From: a virus
Direction: 5' to 3' (one strand)
IMG/VR virus record: IMGVR_UViG_3300028197_001695
Coordinates: 54,006 to 118,005 of that record
Length of the DNA: 64,000 nucleotides
Part shown: positions 56,416 through 64,000 of the stretch, piece by piece
How the letters are laid out: the number at the start of each line of letters is the position of its first letter
Numbering within the stretch: position 1 is the stretch's first letter
Program-made: the position numbers and the translations under genes
The notes under the pieces: model-generated
Told to the model about the DNA's origin: nothing
Databases searched by the model: none
The model's input: only the letters and a program-made list of their open reading frames with translations

Positions 56416-57444
56416 CTAACATGAATTAATATCGTTTGCAAGCATTTTTCTCACAAGACCAATAAAGTTTGTCTTAGGCTTCCAGCCCAAGTCCCTCCTA
56501 GCATCTGAAGAGTCTCCCCAAAGCACCTCTACTTCAGCAGGTCTATAGAATTCTGGGTTAATCTGCATCAAAATCCTACCTTCATGCACATACTGCTCAT
56601 CTACACCCTTACCAACCCACTTGCACTTTTCTACAGCAAAGCCAGCAAAATTAAACGCTTGTTCTACAAATTCCCTAATAGTATGAGTTTCATTTGAAGA
56701 AAGGACGTACTCTCTAGGAGCTTCTTGATTCAACATTAACCAAACACCTTCTACAAAGTCTTCCGCATCACTCCAATCTCTTTTCGAATCAATATTCCCC
56801 AACTCAAGAGGTTTAAAATCATTTAAAATATACTCATTTTTAATGCGAGCCACATTCTTTGTTATCTTACGAGTGACGAACTCTTCTCCACGACGAGTAC
56901 CTTCATGATTAAACAACCAACCTTGAATAGCGTAAAGGTCGTAAGAATCTCTCCATACTTTTACCATGTGCCTCGCACTAGCCTTAGAAACACCGTAGGG
57001 GCTTCTTGGGCGCAAAGGGTGAAGCTCTGACTGGGGAGAGTATAAAACGTCTCCAAACTCTTCTGAAGAGCCAGCATTGTAGTAGCGGCAATTAGGACAA
57101 TGTTTCCTTATAGCCTCTAGTTGATAAAGAACAGCCATTGCGTTTGTCTCCATATGATTAACTGGCATCTTCCAACTCACACCAACAAAAGAATTAGCAG
57201 CGAAATTGATGAAGTAATCTGGCTTGTGCTCTGCTATCACCAGCTCTGTATTAGTTTGATCAGCGACATCTAAGTCAATAAGTTTGAATCGAGGATTGTC
57301 TATTAGATGAGCAATATTATCGTGGTTTTTTACACTTAATCTGCGGACACCAGCTACAATAGTATGCTCAGTATTCTTTAAGAGATAATCTGCCATAAAA
57401 CTACCGTCTTGACCTGTTACCCCTGTAATAATAATCTTTTTCAT
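56416..57444 (-). CDS. gmd: GDP-mannose 4,6-dehydratase (start revised to ATG 57444)
   Basis: ITGVTGQDGS, AGSSEEFG, PRSPYGVSK, FNHEGTRRGEEFVTRKIT, RDWSDAED, YRPAEVE. Confidence 0.93.
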   Translation of the reverse strand: MKKIIITGVTGQDGSFMADYLLKNTEHTIVAGVRRLSVKNHDNIAHLIDNPRFKLIDLDVADQTNTELVIAEHKPDYFINFAANSFVGVSWKMPVNHMETNAMAVLYQLEAIRKHCPNCRYYNAGSSEEFGDVLYSPQSELHPLRPRSPYGVSKASARHMVKVWRDSYDLYAIQGWLFNHEGTRRGEEFVTRKITKNVARIKNEYILNDFKPLELGNIDSKRDWSDAEDFVEGVWLMLNQEAPREYVLSSNETHTIREFVEQAFNFAGFAVEKCKWVGKGVDEQYVHEGRILMQINPEFYRPAEVEVLWGDSSDARRDLGWKPKTNFIGLVRKMLANDINSC

Positions 57445-57854
57445 ATGATATAGTCGCTGCAAACCCCAAAGCAATCGTAATATTTAGACCGCCAGTTTCT
57501 ATCATTATCTACTATAATAGATTTATCGACAACAGGTTTATTGGGGAATGTCCAAATAAAACCTTTAGACGTTAAGGTGTAACTATCAGAATCATGCCAA
57601 AAATAATTTACATTGCTTGAGCAATACTGTAGAGCTTCTGCATTTTTACAATGAACCCAAAGACCTTCTTGATCTAGAAACGCAGGATGAATAATATACT
57701 CTGGGATATCATGACCCAGAAAAAGTTTACCAAATTCGTACCACAGATCTATTTCACAATCATACCCTAAACTTAGAACTTTTTTTATTTGTTCTGGATG
57801 GTTTTCTAAATCAGATGGGCCATTTAGATTACCTCTATGGGAAATAACCTTCAT
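57441..57854 (-). CDS. PLC/GDPD-like phosphodiesterase-fold protein
   Basis: ISHRGNLNG, CEIDLW, LGHD, WVHCKN, GVCSDY. Confidence 0.7.
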   Translation of the reverse strand: MKVISHRGNLNGPSDLENHPEQIKKVLSLGYDCEIDLWYEFGKLFLGHDIPEYIIHPAFLDQEGLWVHCKNAEALQYCSSNVNYFWHDSDSYTLTSKGFIWTFPNKPVVDKSIIVDNDRNWRSKYYDCFGVCSDYII

Positions 57855-58177
57855 TATCCTACTAAATACTTATCCGCAGTATTCGAAGAAGTCCTTATCA
57901 CAATCAAATGAGTATCTTCGTGAAATTTAGACTCTGATACCATATAAGGATCAATCACGAAAACCTCCCCTTCTATAAACCTTTCTCCATTTATCTCTAC
58001 ATCACCCTTTGTGACAACATTAATCTCTGTGCTTAATTTATGATAATGGTTCTGAGTTTCACAACCCTTATCATACTTATGGTAGCCAACTTCAAAGTCT
58101 TGAGTTTTAAAAATGGAAGGCTCAAAGTTTCCAACCAACCACCCATTAACCATATCACCCAACTTATATTTTTTCAT
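57854..58177 (-). CDS. Cupin-like protein (start revised)
   Basis: GWLVGNFEP, HYHKLSTE. Confidence 0.65.
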   Translation of the reverse strand: MKKYKLGDMVNGWLVGNFEPSIFKTQDFEVGYHKYDKGCETQNHYHKLSTEINVVTKGDVEINGERFIEGEVFVIDPYMVSESKFHEDTHLIVIRTSSNTADKYLVG

Positions 58178-59339
58178 TGAATTCAGCTTTAGTGATTCTC
58201 GGGATATGCCTACCCCCGTCAAAAGAGGTTCTTTCCCAGATATCTACCATGTTTGAAAGCATGCTTGCATCAACAACTCTAGATGGTACTGAAAAATAAT
58301 TAGCACAATTATGTTTTATCGAATATTCTGCTGCGTATTCGTCGTAAACAACAGCGGCTCTTACACCTTTATTTTTACTACCCGCTATATTGACTCCTTG
58401 CCCAGTCCTACAAAAAGCTATAACATGATCACTGAACCCTCTATTTAGAGCATCTATAGCTTGCCCAACATAATCATTGTAATCACAATCTTTATCGACA
58501 AAAGTTCCATAATCAACGTAACGGAGACCTCTTTCAGTTAAGATTTTACAAGCTTCATTTTTTAAGTCAAACCCAGAATGGTCAGCGCATATTGCTATTG
58601 GCTTATCTCCAAATTTAACTAAGGAGTGAGTTAAATAAAACTCTAATTCTTCTGGAGTCCCCATCAAGTGCATCTTATTAACCTCATTTATATTTACCTT
58701 AGCCCCATCTTTAATCATAAGGTTATAAAGAGGACAGATGTAAAACTCTCCACGAGTCATAATTTCCTGATCAATCATTTGTTCTGCATACTTCACGAAT
58801 GAAGCCCCACTACCAAATGTGTAAACGCCAACCGCCGCATTCTCACTGATAACTTCTTTTTCCGCTGTTTTTGTAACGAAACCCTCGTCATTTAATTTGG
58901 CATAACTATAACCATTATTATTACTCTTGAATGTAAGAATCGTTCCATCTACATCTGGTTCTATATCAGTTGGATCAAAAAAATCTTCGAAGTAAACATC
59001 CAATGTGTAAATCATTAATGGATTATCATTATTTATATAATTCTTCGCCATTAAACAAGTTTCTACCGAACCTCTTGTTACATGATCTAGAATAATTAAC
59101 TTTATGTCTTCTCCATACTTTTGTTTTAAAATCTTATCTAAAGAGTAATCATTAACGTGGTCTCTCCGCAAACAAAAAATTAAATTACACCGATCTTTAT
59201 TTAAAATTGAACTTAAACTAAGATCAATCATTTGAGTATCACCAACCATAATTAATTGTTTAGGCATCACGTAACCCTCATCAACAAATCTTTGCCCCCT
59301 CCCGGCGATAGGTATTAATATGTTTGTTTTATTTTTCAT
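58164..59339 (-). CDS. Sugar nucleotidyltransferase fused to RpiB-type sugar-phosphate isomerase
   Basis: N-term IPIAGRGQRF..PKQL..AEK..AAVGVY..EFY; C-term ADHSGFDLK..DY..CRTGQGVNIAGSK..GVRAA..HNCAN..FDGGRH. Confidence 0.85.
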   Translation of the reverse strand: MKNKTNILIPIAGRGQRFVDEGYVMPKQLIMVGDTQMIDLSLSSILNKDRCNLIFCLRRDHVNDYSLDKILKQKYGEDIKLIILDHVTRGSVETCLMAKNYINNDNPLMIYTLDVYFEDFFDPTDIEPDVDGTILTFKSNNNGYSYAKLNDEGFVTKTAEKEVISENAAVGVYTFGSGASFVKYAEQMIDQEIMTRGEFYICPLYNLMIKDGAKVNINEVNKMHLMGTPEELEFYLTHSLVKFGDKPIAICADHSGFDLKNEACKILTERGLRYVDYGTFVDKDCDYNDYVGQAIDALNRGFSDHVIAFCRTGQGVNIAGSKNKGVRAAVVYDEYAAEYSIKHNCANYFSVPSRVVDASMLSNMVDIWERTSFDGGRHIPRITKAEFNEKI

Positions 59340-60021
59340 TTTTTGATTTGATTAGATTAAATGTTTTTTTATGGCTGTCACTTATTATTTTTTCTAAACT
59401 AACACCTTTGCTATCAATTAAATAACTTATAACAGCGGCTGCAAACATATCGCCCGCTCCAAGTATATTCGCATCAGTTAAAGTTTTTTCAATTTCCGTT
59501 TCAAAAAAATCTCCGTTTTTTCTGTAGAAATAACTCCCGTGAGAGTGGTGAACCAAAATGTCCCCTTTGACAAGTTTTTTCAATTCTTCCACAGGCAACC
59601 ATAAATCGTCATCAGAAATAAATAACAAATCCACATACTTTAATAACTCAACGTCTTTTAAGCTTAAACCAGCGCAAATATCCGCAGATACAAATTTACT
59701 TTTGGTAGCAACCTCTGAGATAAATCCAGTCTCCTTTAATTGATTTAAATATAAAACATGAGACCAGTCTGAATTATGTATGAATGGAATTCTTTTCTTC
59801 AAAGAAAGAGATGCTTTAGAAGATCTTCTACTCTTATCCGTATCAACGTAAATTAAAGCTTCTCCTATTTCAGTAGGCTCTACATGAACTTTATGATTAC
59901 ACACTTGTATCAGAGCATCCCAAACATTAGCTAATCCACCAACAGTTTCATGGATCTTGATCCCATCGAAAATAGTATCATGTGTCAGATGGCCATATAA
60001 GCTTATTTCAAAATTTTTCAT
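59329..60021 (-). CDS. PfkB-family sugar kinase
   Basis: GGLANV, ILGAGDMFAA. Confidence 0.75.
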   Translation of the reverse strand: MKNFEISLYGHLTHDTIFDGIKIHETVGGLANVWDALIQVCNHKVHVEPTEIGEALIYVDTDKSRRSSKASLSLKKRIPFIHNSDWSHVLYLNQLKETGFISEVATKSKFVSADICAGLSLKDVELLKYVDLLFISDDDLWLPVEELKKLVKGDILVHHSHGSYFYRKNGDFFETEIEKTLTDANILGAGDMFAAAVISYLIDSKGVSLEKIISDSHKKTFNLIKSKNEK

Positions 60022-60532
60022 CTTTATCTAAAGCTAAGAAATCATTTAGTAAGAATTTTTTTACAAGACCCCTAGAAGAGCATACGTTATACAATTCGTC
60101 TAAAACATTTTCTCCCCCTTTGCTATGAAGGGTATTCTGATTACCACAAATATCTCTTATCTCGGAAACAGCGTCTTTAGGGCAAAATTTATAAGAAACT
60201 CTTTCCATTATGGGAGCGTCAAATATATCATCTCCTATAAAACACATTGAATCTTCTGTAACGGAGTATTTATTCTTAAATTCAGATATAAAAGAAGACT
60301 TGCATTTATCGCGAGCATAATAAAAATCTAAATTTCTATTTAAAGCGATAGACTCATTGATATTCTTATCTCCTGATAAAAATATAACCCTACAAGAAGA
60401 AGCTTTAAACTTTTTAATTGCAGAAAAATCCTTGTCACAAAAGGTCTTATACTTAGCTAACCCAGTGTCATCATAATACTTTTTACCGTCAGTCAACACT
60501 CCGTCTACATCCAATATCAAAAGCTTTATCAT
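60008..60532 (-). CDS. KdsC/YrbI-like HAD phosphatase (start revised)
   Basis: LDVDGVLTDG, FLSGD, FIGDDIFD, GGENV. Confidence 0.82.
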   Translation of the reverse strand: MIKLLILDVDGVLTDGKKYYDDTGLAKYKTFCDKDFSAIKKFKASSCRVIFLSGDKNINESIALNRNLDFYYARDKCKSSFISEFKNKYSVTEDSMCFIGDDIFDAPIMERVSYKFCPKDAVSEIRDICGNQNTLHSKGGENVLDELYNVCSSRGLVKKFLLNDFLALDKDEKF

Positions 60533-60533
60533 T

Positions 60534-61199
60534 TTATCTTTTTGGGAAGGCTTCATTGCCATCAATTGTTATATGAGCGTTTTCAGACATGTCGCAATTA
60601 TACCTAATGCAATGGATATCTAAAGAGTCCTTTACTAAGTCTACATTAATAAAACTCATCTTGTCAACCATTTCCTCATAAGTCCACCCGTTTTTTTTCA
60701 TTATGTTATAACATAATTGTTTTTCTGGTTGATTAAAATCAGGACCAACTTGACGGTAAGACCATAAATCTAAAGCGTAATCAAGCCCACTAAATGTAAC
60801 GAAATCATGCATCTCATGTATGCTTGGTTTGTAATTGAGATACGAGCATAAAGAATCCTCCTTTATCATTTTTTCAAAAGCCATACGGATAACTCCTTTT
60901 TGATTTGTCCATAATAAATCACCTCTAACTTTAACTATCCAAGGTTTATTTATTGCACGAATACCTGCCTCAGAACTCATGCATTGTAAATTTATATTAT
61001 TATAACCCTTAAACGATGGGGTTGTATTTAAAATAATAGGGACTTGCTTGGCAACCTCTTTTATATTCTCTATTGGCTCATTATCCCAAGTAGACCAAAC
61101 GTAAGAAAAGCTCTGGTCTAAGTTAGATAAAACCCTTTCGTAGTTATTCGTTGGTCCTTGGATAACTATTCCGACATCATTTAAATCAAAGTCCCTCAT
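60534..61199 (-). CDS. WavE-like glycan biosynthesis protein
   Basis: IVIQGP, STW, NINLQ..G, VKVRGD, PEKQL. Confidence 0.55.
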   Translation of the reverse strand: MRDFDLNDVGIVIQGPTNNYERVLSNLDQSFSYVWSTWDNEPIENIKEVAKQVPIILNTTPSFKGYNNINLQCMSSEAGIRAINKPWIVKVRGDLLWTNQKGVIRMAFEKMIKEDSLCSYLNYKPSIHEMHDFVTFSGLDYALDLWSYRQVGPDFNQPEKQLCYNIMKKNGWTYEEMVDKMSFINVDLVKDSLDIHCIRYNCDMSENAHITIDGNEAFPKR

Positions 61200-61801
61200 A
61201 TCTTGTCGTATAATTGATTTTGTTTTTTTTGTTTATCTATATCTTTAACGTGAAGAATACTAAACATGGGGTCTATTTGAGATTGCCCACCAGAGCGAAA
61301 CCCCTTTGGGATTTCATGCACCTTACCCTCCCACCTAATGTGGCCTTGAGTGGACATAAATCTTAATTGATAGTCAGGATAACCTTCCCAACCCATATCA
61401 TTAATTTGCCAATTAAAATTTTTAATATCTTTTTCTGTAGCACCTCTAACTACATTAATCCGAGGAACAGCAAATAAATCATATTGACATGACTTAGCTA
61501 CATTCCTAATTAAATTCAAAAGGGTAAATGGAATTTGCTCATCAGCATCTATTTGGAATAAAAAGGGCTTGGTAGCATATTTAAATAATTCGTTCTTAAA
61601 TTCTGCAAAATCATTTTGAAAATCAAAATACTTTAAAGTTAATCCAACATATCCGCAAAAATCTTGTATTTCCTTCGTTACTTTGTTTTTATCTGCTAAG
61701 ACAATAACCTCCTCTTCTGGTAAAATATAAGGTTCAAGTGAATTAATTAATCTTTTAAATTCAAAAAACTCGTCTGCTACAGTTATTCCATAAGTAATCA
61801 T
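61196..61801 (-). CDS. GT2-like glycosyltransferase
   Basis: DFAEFKN, FQIDADE, PRIN, YPDYQ, WEGKVHE. Confidence 0.8.
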   Translation of the reverse strand: MITYGITVADEFFEFKRLINSLEPYILPEEEVIVLADKNKVTKEIQDFCGYVGLTLKYFDFQNDFAEFKNELFKYATKPFLFQIDADEQIPFTLLNLIRNVAKSCQYDLFAVPRINVVRGATEKDIKNFNWQINDMGWEGYPDYQLRFMSTQGHIRWEGKVHEIPKGFRSGGQSQIDPMFSILHVKDIDKQKKQNQLYDKI

Positions 61802-61815
61802 GATACTTGGTGACT

Positions 61816-62475
61816 CTAATCAATATACTTTTTATTTATAAAAATTAAATCAGCTTCCGGGCAAGATACCAAAGAGCAATCATTTTCATGAATCAACTCA
61901 AACCCTAAATCGTTTAAGGCTTTAATATCTTGGTCTTTATTTGTCTGACCTTCATACATCATTTCGATATCTGTTGAAGACACACAAGACTCCATTTGTA
62001 TAAAAACAGTTTTTTGTAACCAGTCTCCAGCACTCAAGATACAATCTAAATCATTTCCTTGTGCATCCACTTTTATATAATCAACTCTATCAAAATCCGT
62101 TTTATCTAAAATTGATTTTAAAGTAACACAATCAACTTGTATTTCTCCAGTTTTTGAAATATTGCGCGGTGCATACCAACCATCTCTTGACCTATCCCTT
62201 ACTAAATTTTCTAATTTCATTTTTAATAGGGAATTACAACCCGCTTCATCATAAGTGTTGAAATTAGCCTTCCCTGTTTTTGTAGAAATTGCAGCCTGAA
62301 TGAATTTATTGCAAGCGTTCGTTTCATAATTTATTGGATCTATTCCAATTGTATAAAACTTCTTGCCTCGCATCTTAAATAAAAACTGGCGTATAAAACC
62401 ACCTCTATGATGACCAATGTCAACAACATTCAATAAATCTCTTTCTTCTAATACTGTAGATATTAAATTTTCCAT
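61816..62475 (-). CDS. FkbM-family methyltransferase
   Basis: VDIGHHRG, IDP, IKVDAQGNDL. Confidence 0.8.
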   Translation of the reverse strand: MENLISTVLEERDLLNVVDIGHHRGGFIRQFLFKMRGKKFYTIGIDPINYETNACNKFIQAAISTKTGKANFNTYDEAGCNSLLKMKLENLVRDRSRDGWYAPRNISKTGEIQVDCVTLKSILDKTDFDRVDYIKVDAQGNDLDCILSAGDWLQKTVFIQMESCVSSTDIEMMYEGQTNKDQDIKALNDLGFELIHENDCSLVSCPEADLIFINKKYID

Positions 62476-62489
62476 AATGTTTCAAATAA

Positions 62490-63152
62490 CTAAATTTTAA
62501 GTGCTCCCCAAATTCCGAAAAGATAAGAAAACTTACTAAATTTATCGCTGTCCCTAATTTCTTCATTTACAGCCTGAGCTAGTCCTTCAAAACCTGCATT
62601 TTCTATCTTAGGATCTGGATAGTCATGGCCAAAAATAATTCCACCTGATTTTAATTTAGGAGTCCACGATAGTATATCTAATTTCACGTTCTCGTAATCA
62701 TGTTCTGCGTCAATAAAAATTAGATCAAGAGAATTATCTTCAAAATCTTTGGCCGCATCTGCTGAATATTTTTCTATAACGGAGATAGAATCTAAAATAC
62801 CACTATCTTTTAAATTCTTCTCGAAATCCGCTCTTGTGGAGGCTCCTTGCAAAGAGTCTTTGTGCTCTGCTGATCCTAAAAAGGGGTCTACACAAAATAG
62901 TTCAAATTGATCTTTTGGTATATTGGATTTGAAAGCGTAAGTGGCTCTACCTTTCCAGCATCCAACTTCAATAGCCTTACCTTCAAGAGTGGAGAAGATA
63001 ACCCACATCAATGGAATTTGATAACCACATAACCAACCTTCAATCTTATTGGTTTCGTCAATAAGATTTTTTATGAAGTTCGGGTTGATTCTATTTAATA
63101 AATTTTGGTATTTTTTGAATATACCAAGATCTCTTTCTAATAGTTCACTCAT
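62490..63152 (-). CDS. Class I SAM methyltransferase (Methyltransf_24-like)
   Basis: IEVGCWKGRAT, VDPF, LIFIDAEHDY, GIIFGHDY. Confidence 0.85.
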   Translation of the reverse strand: MSELLERDLGIFKKYQNLLNRINPNFIKNLIDETNKIEGWLCGYQIPLMWVIFSTLEGKAIEVGCWKGRATYAFKSNIPKDQFELFCVDPFLGSAEHKDSLQGASTRADFEKNLKDSGILDSISVIEKYSADAAKDFEDNSLDLIFIDAEHDYENVKLDILSWTPKLKSGGIIFGHDYPDPKIENAGFEGLAQAVNEEIRDSDKFSKFSYLFGIWGALKI

Positions 63153-63189
63153 AAAAAACTCCTTCTAGGTAAGCACGACCTAGAAGGAG
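63153..63189 (-). terminator. Intrinsic terminator whose 3' arm is the Shine-Dalgarno of the next gene
   Basis: CTCCTTCTAGGT-7 nt-ACCTAGAAGGAG-TTTTTT-ATG(63152). Confidence 0.8.
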
Positions 63190-63211
63190 CGATATAAGTC
63201 ACCTCAAAGCT

Positions 63212-63637
63212 TTACTTAACTTTGATCATTATATCTTTCTGTTCCTCTTTCTCAAGAGGTATTTTGATTCTCAATAGGCCATTTTTATATTCTGCCTCAA
63301 TGGAATCCTTATCAACGTTCTGGTGCAAGGTGAAGTGCTTCTTGACAGAGCGTCGAGATATTTTTCTATGGTAGAATTCAGCATCATCATCTTTTTGCTG
63401 AGATCCCGCCTCAATCTTTAAGGTTTGGCCAGATACAGATACAGAAATATCTTCCTGATCTAATCCAACCAATGCAAACTCAAGAATAAAATCATCATCC
63501 TTGTCTTTATAAGCATCAAAAGGCTCTGAGCCTGAATAAAATGGAGTGTTAGCTTGATTAGCTAACGATTGCATACGCTTAAAGATATCTCCCTCGAAAA
63601 CCAAGGGAGCCAACATTTTGTTTATCATCATTGTCAT
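63212..63637 (-). CDS. Small heat-shock protein Hsp20 (start probably 63637)
   Basis: EFALVGLDQEDI..LKI..HRKISRRS..F.L..A.YKNGLLRI. Confidence 0.88.
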   Translation of the reverse strand: MTMMINKMLAPLVFEGDIFKRMQSLANQANTPFYSGSEPFDAYKDKDDDFILEFALVGLDQEDISVSVSGQTLKIEAGSQQKDDDAEFYHRKISRRSVKKHFTLHQNVDKDSIEAEYKNGLLRIKIPLEKEEQKDIMIKVK

Positions 63638-63717
63638 ACTACTATTTTTAGTTAGTTTTTGTTTTTCTAGCCCCAATTTGGGTACTGGAAATTCTCAGAC
63701 AATAGAGATATACTAAA

Positions 63718-63819
63718 TTAATCCTCGTCGAATTGTGCTTCGTCGATACGATCTAGTATAAATGCTATTGTTTCATCGAGTTCTACCTCGTCTGTTAAAT
63801 TAATTTCTGGTTCGGTCAT
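63718..63819 (-). CDS. Small acidic peptide (33 aa, below cutoff)
   Basis: MTEPEINLTDEVELDETIAFILDRIDEAQFDED; GTGTAT 11 nt upstream. Confidence 0.5.
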   Translation of the reverse strand: MTEPEINLTDEVELDETIAFILDRIDEAQFDED

Positions 63820-63857
63820 AGTGCATGTATATACACAAACGAAACCCTTGGGGAATT

Positions 63858-64000
63858 TTACCCCTCACAAGATTTACATTCCATCAAAGACCTTGATAGT
63901 TCTTGGCTTGGATTAGCGCTCCTTTGGTAATACAAACCTTTCACTCCATTCTCCCAAGCGAAAATCATAAGTTGATTAACTTCTTTCATTGGGGTCTTTG
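63858..64000 (-). CDS. nrdA: Ribonucleotide reductase alpha subunit, 3' end (partial; missed by ORF track)
   Basis: KEVNQLMIFAWENGVKGLYYQRS...CKSCEG*: GxKxLYY plus C-terminal CxxC. Confidence 0.85.
   Translation of the reverse strand, partial: KTPMKEVNQLMIFAWENGVKGLYYQRSANPSQELSRSLMECKSCEG

Noticed and set aside
61816-63152. Restriction-modification DNA methyltransferases
   Set aside because: Motifs match small-molecule/glycan methyltransferase families; no DNA MTase catalytic motifs
63637-63720. CIRCE or ROSE heat-shock element upstream of hsp20
   Set aside because: No TTAGCACTC-N9-GAGTGCTAA and no recognisable ROSE motif; only a short weak hairpin
1-64000. Alternative genetic code or stop-codon readthrough
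   Set aside because: Conserved enzymes are full length under code 11, and genes tile with ATGA/TAATG overlaps
1-64000. Giant (NCLDV) virus or bacterial chromosome origin, suggested by the glycan genes
   Set aside because: Bacterial-type DnaE/DnaB/DnaG/RecA, an amidase endolysin, tail fibres and sigma70-type promoters, with no cellular operons, indicate a tailed phage

Overview
A 64 kb, AT-rich, densely coding segment of a large tailed bacteriophage genome, mostly on the minus strand. It holds no cellular housekeeping operons. Replication and recombination genes: a DNA Pol III alpha split into PHP, DEDDh exonuclease and polymerase genes, plus DnaB, DnaG-like, RecA, RuvB, EndoVII and a PD-(D/E)XK nuclease. 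Nucleotide metabolism: ThyX, the 3' end of NrdA and a MazG-like protein. Also present: two tRNAs, an amidase endolysin, a block of tail-fibre/virion genes (22.5-38.9 kb), a ClpC-like unfoldase and Hsp20. About 24 genes for nucleotide-sugar synthesis, glycosyl-, sulfo- and methyl-transfer are spread over several clusters. Four observations stand out. (1) An oppositely oriented three-gene cassette ends in a secreted protein with a PEP-CTERM-like exosortase signal, which suggests a PVC/Verrucomicrobia-type host and phage-directed surface display. (2) There is an ADP-heptose pathway plus a second isomerase-kinase-phosphatase-nucleotidyltransferase set built around an NTP-transferase-RpiB fusion. 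(3) Two promoter classes are readable from the DNA: sigma70-like promoters whose -10 box sits 6 nt from the start codon (leaderless mRNAs), and a GTGTAA motif 8-11 nt upstream of likely late genes. (4) A terminator hairpin also buries the Shine-Dalgarno of the next operon. All family assignments come from motif recognition by eye; no database searches were run.
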